Positions 11,233 through 24,485 of a stretch of 64,000 bases of DNA are shown one piece after another. Positions within the stretch are counted from its first letter, which is position 1. Every line of letters begins with the position of its first letter. The DNA comes from Octopus bimaculoides (taxonomy: Eukaryota): NCBI RefSeq assembly GCF_001194135.2, contig NC_068991.1, positions 34,955,809 through 35,019,808 of the forward strand, read 5' to 3'. The notes under the pieces were generated by a model, which did not search any database, had not been told where the DNA came from, and was given only the letters and a program-made list of their open reading frames with translations. The translations under genes and the position numbers were made by a program.

Positions 11233-14200
11233 TAATGAAGTCTTTTTATGAATTTGTGTTGCAAGATTCCTGATGTGAAACCATGAGTTGAAACAGATAT
11301 TGTAATATTTCGGGGAGATCATTTTTTTTTTTGTTTGCACTATACATTGGTTTTTCACTTGTTTATTACTGTTCTTATTTCATCTTATGTCCAAACCAAA
11401 CAAAAGTTATTTTTTACTGAACAAATATAACGGGAAGTCACATAACTAGATTTCAATTATTCAAAATACTACGTAAAACGCATGGAAAATACAGGTTATC
11501 GTCGAGGTTGTTTCAATCGACATGGAAACTCAAACTTACTCTCAATTGACTTAATTCCTACACAAGGTCTTTTATTACCCACTTTATTAACTTAAAATAC
11601 AGATCACAGAACGAGAATGCGATCCTCAAACGAAGAGAAAAAAAATGAGTTGCAGCCGCCGAGGGAGCCAACTCCTTTTTACCACTTTGTCTAAGGGAGG
11701 TAACCTTTAAACTTATCATACCAAAGGAAAATAATCTTCTACTATAATAAATACTCTTGTGTTTTTCTCCGTCGCAATGAGAAAGGAAGGGGTGATAGAT
11801 GAATAAGGAAGGAAGGGTGATGGCAAACTTGGTAGTGGGAGCGCTTCAACCCTGTGTGAGTATATGTGTGTGTATGTAAAAGGAAGATGTGTGTGTGTGT
11901 GTGTGCAATGGAAGTTGGATGGTGAACATTCAATGCTGAAAAGAAAAATCAAACAGCGTTTCAACTCTGTGTGAGTATATGTGTGTATGCGTGTGAGTGT
12001 ACAAGGGAAGTATGTGAATGTTTGTATGTGTGAACCAGCGTTCTTTCAGTAACAAACAATGATCCATGTCACATCTCAAAAGACAACCACTAGATAACAT
12101 TGACAAGTGTATTAATTTGATTTACCATCCATATTTATATATAAAATACTGCAATTAGCCGTCATTTTTTATGGCACTGGGCCAGCTTGTTCATTAATAT
12201 TTACTGGGATTCCATCGAGGGTTCCAGCTGAGTGGTCTAGAGCAACAAGAAATAAAGTGGCTCATTAATATTTAGCTAACTTATTGTAGTTTCATTGATG
12301 CTTCTCTGTTCTTTTTTCTGTAATATCTTCTTCAACCTCTTCTCTAGCATAGATAACCAAAGAATAAATTAGTGAAAAATCTAATGAGAGAAATTAGAAG
12401 GCTGAAGTAGCAAGGATCTTCTCAAGCAAATTGGTTAAGCTGACAGCAGTGAAATTATTCTCCATGTTGATCAGTTTATAAACAAGAACAATGTCTCAAA
12501 AGATGAAATCCCAACCAGATCTGCCATCTTGCCTATTTCAACTATTCCTTCCAATTTTCACTTGTGTTGCTCAGGTGTCACTATTTCTACATAAAGTATT
12601 TCTGGAGCATTTGTTTCAAAAATCAGACTTTCGGCCATCAAACCAAATCCATTCTTCTTCTTCAAAGACTGATATTTTAAAACATTGTTTAAAATTTTGT
12701 GTTCTCTTAAGCATTTTGTGAAAGACTTTTCATTCCTATCTACATTTGCCTATGTTTTTTGGTGTGTCTTGTTTCACACCATAACAGTAAAAGTTTTTAT
12801 GAGGCAAAAAAATTTTAGAGACTTGGAGAGAGCTCTAGAGTTTCGTTATGCAAGAGAATTTAATTCATTTGTAATTATAAATGCAAAATTCTGTATCTTA
12901 GTCTATATTTGCTTTACATAGACATATTATACCTTTTTGGAATCAGAATAATCCCACGATCGAAAATCTGCCCTTTGTTTGGTTCTTGAACATCCAGCAT
13001 TGGGATTAGGTCTGGATGAGGATTTTTTATATGCTAATAGTTGAAAATTCAAATTTTAAAAGGACTCCAAAAATTTGTGAACTTTTTTCATTTAAATTGA
13101 ATTTAAAATAATACCATATTAGTTGGATAACACCATACTGGTAGGTATCAATAAATGCTTTATTATTATTGCTCTCTTTAGTTTTGGGCTGCAGGCCCAA
13201 TTAGCCCTCCATGGGAGCTAGCTTAAAAGTCCACATGGAGTACAACTTTTAAGCTACTATAATCTAAATGTAAAAAAATTGCATTGAGATTGTCTTGCAC
13301 TGTGCTGTAAATCAAATTTAAAGCTATCTGTTTTGTGTGAAAAAGTAAAGTAAAAGCAATAAAGTAGGATTCAACAAAAGAGCAATTTTAGTTCACATTC
13401 TTTGTCCAAACACCTCAACAATCATATCCAAATGATTGAGTAATATATTTTCGTATTGAATTAAAGTTTCCCCAAATTACTACATTTTTTACCATTCAGA
13501 TTGGAATTTATTGTGGTTTTTTAAATTCTGAATTAACTTTTTCTCTCTATTGTTCTCACTGCCTCTCAAGCCTGGCATCTTTCCTTCTTCCTTAAACCTA
13601 CTGCTTCATTAGTAATTTACTCATATGAGTTCACCTATACATAGACATACACAACTGTGACACAAATGTAACTTACTAAATACCATGCAATTCAATGAAA
13701 TATCAACAGTGGAGTCCATCGCTGCCAACATCAAAGGATCATCAGCAATACACCAGATCTTATTGATGTTTTGTTAATGTAGCAAGACCTAGGATTCAAA
13801 CCCCATTCGCTAAATTATCAGGCTAGTGCTATGATTATCTGACTATCATCTGTTCCCTGCCATGAAAAAAACACTTGGCTGGGAAGCAGTATTGCAGTGA
13901 TGATGACATCATATCTAGTGTTATTGGACTTTTTGATTAACAGGACTAAAGCATCTTCACCAATGGGATCCAAGCATGTTGAAAGATAAACCTCATTTGG
14001 TCACATTCCATGAGAATATCTTAGTCCACCCAAGAACTTTTCAGCCTACCCTCATACTCTTACACCAAAGACCACAGTGACAATGGAGACTAGCTCACAT
14101 TCACAATAGTAATGACCCAATGACAACAAGTTATCTTACCATGATAACAATCCATATCATCATGACAGTAATTTAAGTACTGTATATCTCCACTTAATAC

Positions 14201-15359
14201 TATATGAGTTGCAACATCACTGATGCCAAGCTGTATCCTTTGCCTTTGCCTTGAATAACAAATTTTCAACATGAACCTAGCTGAAACTGAAATTTAAATT
14301 CAAGTCTTGGGCAGAAATATCATTATTACATGAAAAATAATATTAGATGCAGAAATTTGTCTTTTATTGAGTTCATTAGATATTTCACTAAATCACTCAT
14401 AATTCTTGATTATTTTAAATATTAAAACCATTCTGAGACTCCTTTTTTCTTTTTTTTTTGTTAGAAAAATAGTCACAGAATGGTTAATGTAACAAATAAA
14501 AATTAATATGATAAAAGAATATGTTCTTTGCCATTCCATGTTCTCCACATATATGCTCCCAAATCTCTACAAAGCATAGTCTGAGAAATCTCATTCATTT
14601 TTACCTTTTCTTGCTTTGACATTTTGCTTAGGCACTAGTACCAAAAGACTGAGTTCAATGAATATCACTTTCAGTTTGTAAATTTTGATTAGGTTACCAT
14701 ATGTGACAATAGAAACTGCACTAATATATTCTCCAGTTAATGGCAGTAATGTGACCTCCCTGTAGTTTGGGAACCTCAAATAATAAACCTTCTTCCTATT
14801 GCAGGTTCAATCATTCCAAAAACCCATTACTTCCTAACAACTCATCTAATATGATGATTCCATTTGACAAATAGAGATCATCAATCTCAACAACAACACT
14901 TTTAATTCTTAATTTCATTGAATTAGCAATTAAATATTGCAGAGCTCTTCTTAAATGGAACTGCTATTCAATAACAGTAACATGGGCCATGTCCAATTAA
15001 TGACAGGTTCACTTCTGCTTATCAACTGTCAAAACTCATAAACAGATAAGGAAAATAATTTTATTTAAAGACAAATTACTATATTAAAAAGTTCCTTCTG
15101 ATATTGTAGTCTCTTTGCAGCAATTCTTACTGAACATCTCCGTATTTTTGCAATACTGAACTTCATATTGCTTCACAATTTCTAGACTTCTGTTATTGGC
15201 AACAAAAAATATTTTTGAAACCATTCTATGCTGTCCCACTTGGTCATATGAATTTCAATAACTAATTGATGATAACTCATTGCTAATATAGGTAAAAAAA
15301 ATTTGAAACATGTTGTTTCAAATGCCATCAAATGTGCAAGGGGCTGGGGTCATTAGAGA

Positions 15360-15905
15360 TAGTAGATAGCTTCTGTTACATAGGAGACCAGATTAGCAGA
15401 GGTGGAGGAAGTTCTGAAAGTGTAGTTGCTAGGATAAGGACAGGCTGGGAAAAGTTCAGAGAGCTTCTAACTTTGTTGGTAACTAAGGGCCCCTCTCTCT
15501 GAGTGAAAGGCAGATTGTATGATGCTTGTGTACATAAAGCTATGTTACATGGCAGTGAAACATGGGCTTTGACTACAGAGGATCTGCAAAGGCTTGAAAG
15601 AAATGAAGCTAGCATGCTCCACTTGATGGGTAATGTCAGTGTGCATGCACGACAGAGTGTAAATGATGTTGTGTGCAAGAGAGAAAACTGTGCTGATTTA
15701 GTCATGTGATGCATATGGATGAGGACAGCTGCATAGAGAAGTGCCAAGCTCTAATTGTGGAGGGTACCTGTGGAAGGGGTAGACCCAGGAAGATGTGGGA
15801 TGAAGTGGTGAGAAAGAGTCCTCAGACACTGAGCTCCACTGAGGAAATGACAAGGGACCAGGAGATGTGATTTGCTGTACTTGATAATATGTGTCAAGCT
15901 AAGTA
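15360..15905 (+). mobile_element. RTE LINE 3' ORF fragment
   Basis: KGRLYDACVHKAMLHGSETWAL...RLERNEASML...GRGRPRKMW. Family A tail follows at about 15960-16212. Confidence 0.85.
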
Positions 15906-17289
15906 AAATCGCTGTCTTCCACACATACAGGCTTGTCCTTCAGGTGCTAGTGCCACTTAAAAAGCATCCATGCAGGTGCTGCATTAATGCACCTGTTCCA
16001 GAGCTATGTAAATGCACCCATGCTAGTAGCATGTAGAAAACATCCATCACTCTCTGTTAAATGGTTGGCATTAGGAAGAGCATCCAGCAGTAGAAACCAT
16101 GCCACAACAGACAGTCGGAGTCTAGACAGTTCCCTGCTAGCCAACTCCATGTCAAACTGTCTAACTCATACCAACATAGAAAGAGGGTGTTAAACAATGA
16201 CAATGATGATGTTTATACTATCAAAATGTGAAGTTAGAAATTAATGACATGTGCAAATATATCTTCATGATTATAAAGGAATCCAATAGGCAAATATATA
16301 TAAGGTCACAAAGCTTCCAACAAGTCATAGTGCACTTGAGCATTGTAATACAATAAGCTCTTTAAAAGCAAACATCTAGTCCTTAGAGAAAGAAATCTAA
16401 ATATATGATAACAAGAGCACACAATCATGAAAAACCATCTTAATAATATTAGCTGTGTGGTATTATTGAAATTGAAATCTGTATTGCTAATAAAAGAAAG
16501 GGATGTTATTGGTAGCCATGATAATAGTGAAAGAGATTAGACCTTCCACTGTTAAGACAATTACAAGAGTAGATGTGCTGATGTTTGCTTTTGTCTTTTT
16601 GTATATTTGCCTGTTGGATTTTTTTTTACTCTTATTGTGTAATTGATTTGTGATTTTACATTTTGGATGTATCTTTATGTTCAAAGAGTTAATTATTCAA
16701 ATGAGCAACTAAAGGCTTAATAAACCACTTTTGTTTTAGTTCATTTTCTACATTTTATCTATGGTTGCTCAAACATTGTATATGATTTTTTTTTCTTCAG
16801 TCTCTAGGAAACGCATCTATTTTAAAAGGACACAAAAGACAACCTGTATCTTTAGAAGTAGGCAATATTGTCTTTATTCTTTTTATTGTTGTGATTTTAA
16901 ATATATGTATCTTTGTCACTACAAAACAATAAAATAACAAAAGTTTGAATGAGTGAGTGAAGTTATCATTTTGTCTTATGTAGTTGTGTTGTGTATAGTG
17001 TAAATGGTGATCCCACATTTATTAGAGGTTCATAGGTACCTTCAGTAGAGTTTACTCTGTTGCCTTCCGTGGCATTTACTATGATGCAAGTATATGAACT
17101 AGGATCCTGGCAAGGGGTTATCATGTCTTCACAGCACACCAACACCTGCTACACTTCCCTAAATGTTTAATAGTAAAACTAAACCCACTGGACAATTCGC
17201 CTTCTATGTCCATAGAATTTGATCCAGTTCAAGCCCTGTACATTACTTTCCAACTAATACTCAAAACCACACTTCCAATTCCACTCCAA

Positions 17290-17720
17290 GACACAAATCC
17301 TACAATCATTACCTTAGTCCATCTCCATTGTCCATGTTATTGAAACCTCACTCTAAAAGGTGGCATCTCAACATTTGTAGATTCCACTGCTCTCTCTAGC
17401 CTGCACATATCAGCAACAGGAATTCCAGTTGCTCTGACAGAAAGTCCCCTTTTCCGACTTCTCCAAATACATCTGCTTCATTTGCTGCTCTCTGAACTCC
17501 TCCAACCACCAACAACTAACCGTATCTCTTCTTGTATCAAGGACATTTATCTAAAGTAACTTCTCCTTGAAGTCATCATTCTCAATGACTTCAACACTCA
17601 CAACTCTTCTTGAACTTCATACTCATCCCACACCAATGTCACTAGTGTAGAAACTGAATCTTTCACAATCCTCAACTCACTACATCAACTCCTGTTATAG
17701 TGGCTTCAACACTTCTGGAC
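17290..17720 (+). mobile_element. Very decayed APE-endonuclease fragment of a CR1/Jockey-like LINE
   Basis: VIILNDFNTHN (GDFN-like) and FTILNSLHQL. Confidence 0.45.
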
Positions 17721-18307
17721 TGGTTGGTGTTGTTCCATCTCTATTGAGACACTCCCAACTTATCTGTCATCACTCTAACTTTTCCTTTACTCTGGAAATC
17801 CCTCCCTACATGTCTTTTCTAAATCCATTAGCTTGCAAATGTTTAAGAGGAAAATTAATCACAAAATTCTCCTCACTCTCAGTCAGCCTATAAAAGCTAT
17901 AAAGACAGTCCTATTTCTCTGGGGCAAACCAAAGCCATCAACATTATTATTGTTATAAATTTCAATGAAACAGTTAGTTCACATTAAAACTCCACCTAAA
18001 CATAAACAACAAAATAAAATTTCTAATACCAAAAAGCAAGTATTTTTGTTCTTTTGGAGTGAAAGTGATGTTCGTATGTAAATAAAGATTTGTTGTAAAA
18101 TTCTCAAAAGAAAATCAGTTCCAGAAGCTAAATCAATTAATTGTATTCATTGATTCCTTACTTAAAGTTCAGTATAAAAAGTAGGGAAATGAGTCTGTGA
18201 TAGTCATGTCTTTAAGACATTGACATTATATCATAATTTTCAAAGAGTTAGAAACAGTTTATCTCCACCAAAATGTGTCTTAAAATAACAACTTGTCTTA
18301 AATTCTG

Positions 18308-18313
18308 TTTATT
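18308..18313 (-). promoter_or_regulatory. Candidate polyadenylation signal (AATAAA) for GPATCH11
   Basis: tttatt on + strand = AATAAA on minus, about 80 nt past the stop. Other sites further downstream are possible. Confidence 0.35.
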
Positions 18314-18390
18314 CTGATACTAAATTAAACAATGAGATGTTCAGTAAAAAAAAAAAAAAACAGCAAGATTATTGAGACAGAAATGTATGT

Positions 18391-18452
18391 TTACATTGAT
18401 TCATGAGCAGATCGGCAATTTCCAGGACAATTTTCATCTATGTCTTTTATAC
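18391..18452 (-). CDS. GPATCH11: GPATCH11 terminal coding exon 6 (SIKDIDENCPGNCRSAHESM*)
   Basis: Acceptor tattttattacag|GT. NCPG...H C-terminal motif. TAA at 18393-18391. Total CDS 56+230+242+114+82+62 = 786 nt. Confidence 0.92.
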
Positions 18453-19694
18453 CTGTAATAAAATATACAGAAAAAATGGTTAGTCTTTAAAGATCTTATA
18501 TGAGACTTAATATTTATCATTTTCTTTTCTTATGTCACTTCACTTTGCTTCCACTTACATACATCTATTTTATTTTCATCATGTCCTCTCTGATCTCTGA
18601 ATATCTACTTTTCTAGTGGTCTAGTAAATTTCAAATTAATTAATAGGCAATCATCTCCAGAGGGATGAGCAATGGAGAAGACAACCTGTCTAGAATGCCT
18701 TAAAAAATCACAGAAAATTTCAACAAATCAATATATGGAATAAGAGGCTTGAAGTTTAGAAACACAAACAGTCAAGTGCTGGTGCATGATAAAACACAGT
18801 GGCCCACATTGTTTGGGTGGCTGTAGTTGTCTATGTCAACAAATTTAATACCATCACCTGGTTCTTCAGTAACTGTAACAGAGCCCATTCATTTGCAAAC
18901 ATTCAGATTGACTCTTCAGTTCAAGGATAATCCAATATGCTGCTTCATACTGCACTTTTCCTGGCATAGTGCTAATATTTGTTAGGAATACAGAAAGTGA
19001 TTCTTCAGCAAAGGCCCACTCCCAGGTATAATAGACCCCCATCAATGAGTAATACTTCAGGAGGCTGCCCTATTTGCTGATAGGCACATCTACAGCCACT
19101 GACTTCCTTACAGATTGTTCAAAGTAGAGGTTAGTGACAACCCATGTATCATGTTTTATTCTTGTTTTCCCATACTACTCTTGGGAGTCCCAAAAATGTC
19201 ATAAACATAAAATACTACTTTCAAAAATGATATCAGAATGAAAAACTCCTTAATATCAGCTCTGATACTGCCATTGTCAGCATTTTAAAAGCTGTTTCCA
19301 TGCTTTACTTTGTAAAGTAAGAGTGGAAGTATTTCTTCAGCTATGAGGATGAAAATTAGCAACAGTATGTAAAATTTGATCTAACCACAACATTGTTAGA
19401 AACATGAACACCTGATATCTGTTGCAATTGGTAATCTCAGTCATAAAAACTTCACTGAAGCTTCACATAACAATGGTTAAATATTGGGTGGTAGCAGCTG
19501 CAGTCATGGCTAGCTCAGTACAAAAGTTTATTACTTTTGCCTATTCAAACAGAGAGTTTTTGATTATAGAAACAGAGCTAGCGAGGTACATATGGTTGGT
19601 CTGAAATCTTTTTATGATACCTTGTGCAGCTCTCCAGCTCTGGCCAAACCTCCGAACCCACAACAGCATGGAAAATGAATGTTAAATAATAATC

Positions 19695-19905
19695 TTTTCT
19701 ACTCTAGGCACAAGGCCCGAAAATTTTGTGGGAGGGGGCCAGTCGTTTAGATTGATTCCAGTATGCAACTGGTACTTAATTTATTGTCCCCAAAAGGATA
19801 AAAGGCAAAGTCGACCTTGGCGGAATTTGAGCTCAGAAAGTAAAGACACGAAATACCGCTAAGCATTTCACCCAGTGTGCTAACGTTTCTGTCAGCTCAC
19901 CACTT
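19695..19905 (-). mobile_element. SINE family C (tRNA-like head plus a gcctttcatcctttcggggtcgat-type core)
   Basis: Homologous to 40310-40510 (+) and 48222-48380 (+). Confidence 0.75.
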
Positions 19906-20206
19906 TAAATGTTAAATAATAATAATGATATGATGATGGTAGTGGTGTTAATTGTGGTATTGATAATGATGACAATGATGGTTTAGTTAGCTTAATTCCC
20001 AAACGTAGATATCAGTAAAAGTGACTAACTGAATGAGTGAGGAATGGTAGTGGTGGTGATGATGATGATGATGATGATGAAGAGGAAGAAGAGAATGACA
20101 ATGATGATGAAATGGAAGACATTACAGTAATAATTGTTTGAATAAAAGAAGCTTTCTGTCACAAGTCAAGAAATTACTTCAACTGCAACTGTAGAATTTA
20201 ACTTAC

Positions 20207-20288
20207 TATCAAAAGTTGCACCACACCATAAGCAATAAAAGTAGGTGTTTCTTAGATAGTCAATCACCATTTCTAGTTTTTCTTCAGG
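20207..20288 (-). CDS. GPATCH11: GPATCH11 coding exon 5 (PEEKLEMVIDYLRNTYFYCLWCGATFD; DUF4187-type domain)
   Basis: Not in the ORF track; found by hand. Acceptor ttttctaaaatttcag|CCT. 82 nt. YLR-x3-YC-x-WCG motif. Donor GAT A|GTAAGT, phase 1. Confidence 0.93.
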
Positions 20289-20999
20289 CTGAAATTTTAG
20301 AAAATAAAGATATAGAGTAAGAATTAATCAAAAATATATTGTTAATTATAAATCAAACAAAATTTAGTTGCTATAAGTCATTGCCACCATCTTCTACTGA
20401 TTTCCACCAGTATACACTGCTGCCTATTGTCAATCTGTCACTATCGTAATATAAACCATTCCTATAGTGTCAGTTGTTGCATCTCCTCTCACTTCTATGT
20501 AACCCACTTCACTTGACAACATATAGTTGGATCTATCTTCAGGCTTCATCAGGAAATCAAAGTATAATTGTTCATTTCTATTTCAAAGTATTTTCTATAA
20601 TAGTTTCTAATATAAAGCACAGGTTTTCAAATATATTAAGATGAAATGTATGGTTATAGAAAGGTGTCTATACCTTTTCACTGGGGAATTAGAGACACTA
20701 AGGAAATAAATGGTTCCAAACAAAACTGAAACTAAATAACATTCCTCTGATTGAGAATAAAAATCTATTCTACAATGTCTATCTTCTGCTGCACAAACAT
20801 CAAAAAACAAATAATTTGGAAATGAAACAATAAACTATTGAAGGCTATTGTAAGTAATACTAAGGTTATTTTGATTCTGGTTCAAATTTCTGATTTCATT
20901 AGTATGTGATCAACTGAGATTTAGGCAAGTCAAAACTTTTTTTCCACTCTAGTACAAATAACTCAGTTCTGTACATTTTCATATTTACAGAGAAAGATG

Positions 21000-21400
21000 G
21001 AACACATGAAAGAGGAAGACCCAGAAAGACATGGGACAAAGACTGAAGGACAACCTCAGGACATTGAACCATTCAGACGAGATGACAAAGAACCAAGATA
21101 CCGAGCACCTTGCTGTACTCAAGAAACACATACTCCACAGCAGAAGTGTTGAGGTTGCTCCCTCTGGTGAGGTAGTTTGGCCTGCAAGTGCCCTGTGCTG
21201 GTGTCACATAAAAAGCATTTGTGCCTGTACTGTGTGAGAGTACCACCCAACACACCCTGTAAAGTGGTTGGTGTTAGGAAGGGCATCCAGCCATAGAAAC
21301 CTGCCAAATCAGACTGGAGCCTGGTGCAGCTCTCTGGCTTGCCAGCTCTGGTCAAACTGTCCAACCCATGCCAGCATGGAAAACATGATTAAATTATGAT
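21000..21400 (+). mobile_element. RTE 3' end plus family A tail
   Basis: RGRPRKTW-like segment, then gttaggaagggcatccagcc...ccatgccagcatggaa. Confidence 0.75.
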
Positions 21401-22961
21401 ATTGAAGCAATTTGTTTTATTGACAAATAACCGTTTTTCATATATTTCAATTTTTCAACCAAATGTTAAGTAACAGTAGGAGCTATTTTAAATGTTACTC
21501 AAGGGAAACAATTTCCAGACCCTGACTAAGAAGTGGGACCAATTTATTTCAGCAAGCTGTTTTATAGCTTGTATATTTGCACAAAAGATTAGCCTAGTGT
21601 TTATGTGAAGTGACCCATCATTCTGTAAACATATTTATATTGCCATAAACACAATATTCTGTTTTTCAGACCAATTTCACTTCTACTCTATTTTTTTAAC
21701 CAAATTATTTGGCAGGCAGCAAAAGGAAGATGAAGACACTGCTCTTCCTCTCTGAAATAAACATGTCCCATGCTAAGTTTATTCTAGCTCTAATCCTAAT
21801 TCTAAACCACAACAACTCAAAGGCTCCTGAGGGTGATTGAACTTAAGGATAAGCTCAGCATTGGATTAGCCATTAAGCAAAATAAGTACATGCTTAGGGC
21901 ATCAAGGGAAGTGGGGCACCACAGAAATGGGAAATGGTTTATGGTATAAAAGATGTCACTTTAAACTTGCTAAAATAATATTCGGGATGCCTTAATCTCT
22001 ACTAAGTATAAAAGCAGACATGTTATGTAAGATTAATTTTAAGGATTTGATCAAAGATTTTGCAATTAGAAAAAGTAGGCGAAAACTTTTCAAATATAAA
22101 TAAAGTGGAAATATACACAATGAAACATTACTTTCCATCTTACTGTTAGTTTTGTTTCATTTTGAGAAATAGAAATTTATTTTATTGCTTGTTATTGTTT
22201 ATACTTTAAATTATATAAATAAGGGTGCACCAAAATCTTATAAGTGCTTAGGGCCTCTATGGGTCTTAATCCAGCCCTGGGTAGACTTGATGCAACAGAA
22301 GAAGAAATGTGGAGAATCAGCTGTTCTGACACTTTTTTATGTAATGAGAAATCTTGTTAGCATGTCCAACTTTTTCTCAAAGCAGAATTGAAGTGCAATA
22401 TTTACAGATCACTTTGATAGCCTCTTTGCTAGGTTAATTCATTTTATAAACTAGACTAAGAGAATACAATAATGTATACATAAAAGTGTGATTGATCAAA
22501 GAACAATGGTTACCAGATTGGGTGTAACTACTACAATCCCAACCACAATAGACATTGGGTTTACTTAAGAAGGATGTTATAAGTAAAGACATTCTTGAAG
22601 AGAAATTAATTTTACTGTTATTCTTTGGAAGTTTCTCATGTTATCTTTTATAATGTACTAGCAGGTGTGCATCTCTTTTTTGTCTCAAAACATTAACAAA
22701 AACTTCATGCTAAAGATGTTTTATAGAGCCAAATGAGATTGGACAAAATGTTTGGCAATTACTACTTTATATTTTTTAAGTTCAGAGACATAGAATTCTA
22801 CTCTCATGAATTTCAATTTTTTAGTTGGAATCTATGTTGAATTTGATTGTCAGTATGACTATATCATTCAATTGGCTATAGATGTGGTAAATAAAGGTTT
22901 AATCAAATCCTAACCAAAGCTAAATAAACCACAAAAACTCAATAACTGAGACATAACTTAC

Positions 22962-23075
22962 AGTATAAATGTCTAAAATTGGTTTCTCTTCAGCCTCGTC
23001 TTCACTTTCATCAGCTAATTTTTGTTCTAATCGATAAAGTGGCCAATAGAACCAATCTTTTGGTTCAGTTATTTT
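22962..23075 (-). CDS. GPATCH11: GPATCH11 coding exon 4 (KITEPKDWFYWP...acidic linker...DIYT)
   Basis: Acceptor tctatttttcag|AAA. 114 nt. WFYWP motif plus acidic stretch. Donor ACT|GTAAGT. Confidence 0.92.
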
Positions 23076-23886
23076 CTGAAAAATAGAATATGAATATGAA
23101 TATATTTCACACACACACACAAAACTGCATCAATATGTGCTACTGTGACTAGATGTGTATTTGAATGTAGAAAAAAAACCCTCCACTTCTGAAGACCAGA
23201 TTGACATATTGATCTTTGACTAGAGCAAAACAGAAAACTAGACTGAATATTAACTACAAGTGAACCAATATGGCAGGGATTGTATAGAAAGATATTTTTT
23301 GACAGCTTGAAATGCCAATTGAATTGACTAGTTTCATTGCCCTTACAGCTCATCAGAATATGCCTATCTCACCTTTTCAATGAGTTGGAAAGGTGAGTAA
23401 TAGAAAGCTACTTATTGAATTATAAACAATATTGTGCCAATCACAATTCATTTACATGGTGGTATGAGATTGATGGCCTGTCGTTAATAATCATTCAACC
23501 ACTACCATGGTTGAATAATATTGAGGTCAATATTTTCAATCCCATTTTATTTTCAATCTCTATTTCTATTTCTGTTAGTGTATTCTCTTGTTTGCACACA
23601 CTATATTTACACCACACAAATTTTTATGTTCTTTTAATTTATATATTTATATGTTATGCTTTTATATAGAGAGATTTGTATTGATCTGTATTAATATGTA
23701 TTCATGTATATGTATTTAAAAAAATATTAAAAAAATTTTACGTCTATGTGTTTTCCGTTTGGGAATTTGCTGATTGACCTAAACTTTGTTTCTGAGTTTA
23801 CCTCTTCCATTATTGTTCGTCTCAGACTCATTCCGAGCACTTCTCAGTTACAGCCCATATATCTTGAAAGAAAGGTTTAATAGTAC

Positions 23887-23937
<51 letters not shown>

Positions 23938-24453
23938 NNNNNNNNNNNNNNNNNNNNNNNNNNNNNNNNNNNNNNNNNNNNNNNNNNNNNNNNNNNNNNN
24001 NNNNNNNNNNNNNNNNNNNNNNNNNNNNNNNNNNNNNNNNNNNNNNNNNNNNNNNNNNNNNNNNNNNNNNNNNNNNNNNNNNNNNNNNNNNNNNNNNNNN
24101 NNNNNNNNNNNNNNNNNNNNNNNNNNNNNNNNNNNNNNNNNNNNNNNNNNNNNNNNNNNNNNNNNNNNNNNNNNNNNNNNNNNNNNNNNNNNNNNNNNNN
24201 NNNNNNNNNNNNNNNNNNNNNNNNNNNNNNNNNNNNNNNNNNNNNNNNNNNNNNNNNNNNNNNNNNNNNNNNNNNNNNNNNNNNNNNNNNNNNNNNNNNN
24301 NNNNNNNNNNNNNNNNNNNNNNNNNNNNNNNNNNNNNNNNNNNNNNNNNNNNNNNNNNNNNNNNNNNNNNNNNNNNNNNNNNNNNNNNNNNNNNNNNNNN
24401 NNNNNNNNNNNNNNNNNNNNNNNNNNNNNNNNNNNNNNNNNNNNNNNNNNNNN

Positions 24454-24485
<32 letters not shown>

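Noticed and set aside
14600-15330. Possible hAT transposase relic (HMTKWDSIE...) on the minus strand
   Set aside because: Only one weak motif among many stops; cannot be supported without a search.
16801-16857. Plus-strand exon-like segment (SLGNASILKGHKRQPVSLE) after a strong acceptor
   Set aside because: Weak donor, no partner exons and no recognisable protein.
18650-19200. Coding-looking stretch in GPATCH11 intron 5
   Set aside because: Fragmentary frames with stops; probably an old LINE relic, family not assignable.
20040-20120. Asp/Glu-rich reading DDDDDEEEEE resembling an acidic exon
   Set aside because: It is a (GAT)n/(GAA)n tract on the strand opposite the gene, without splice sites; the GPATCH11 acidic linker is already in exon 4.
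20380-20810. Possible snoRNA or extra exon in intron 4 (TGATGA...CTGA; open stretch EQLYFDFLMKPEDRS...)
   Set aside because: Imperfect C box, no terminal stem, and the gene model is complete without it.
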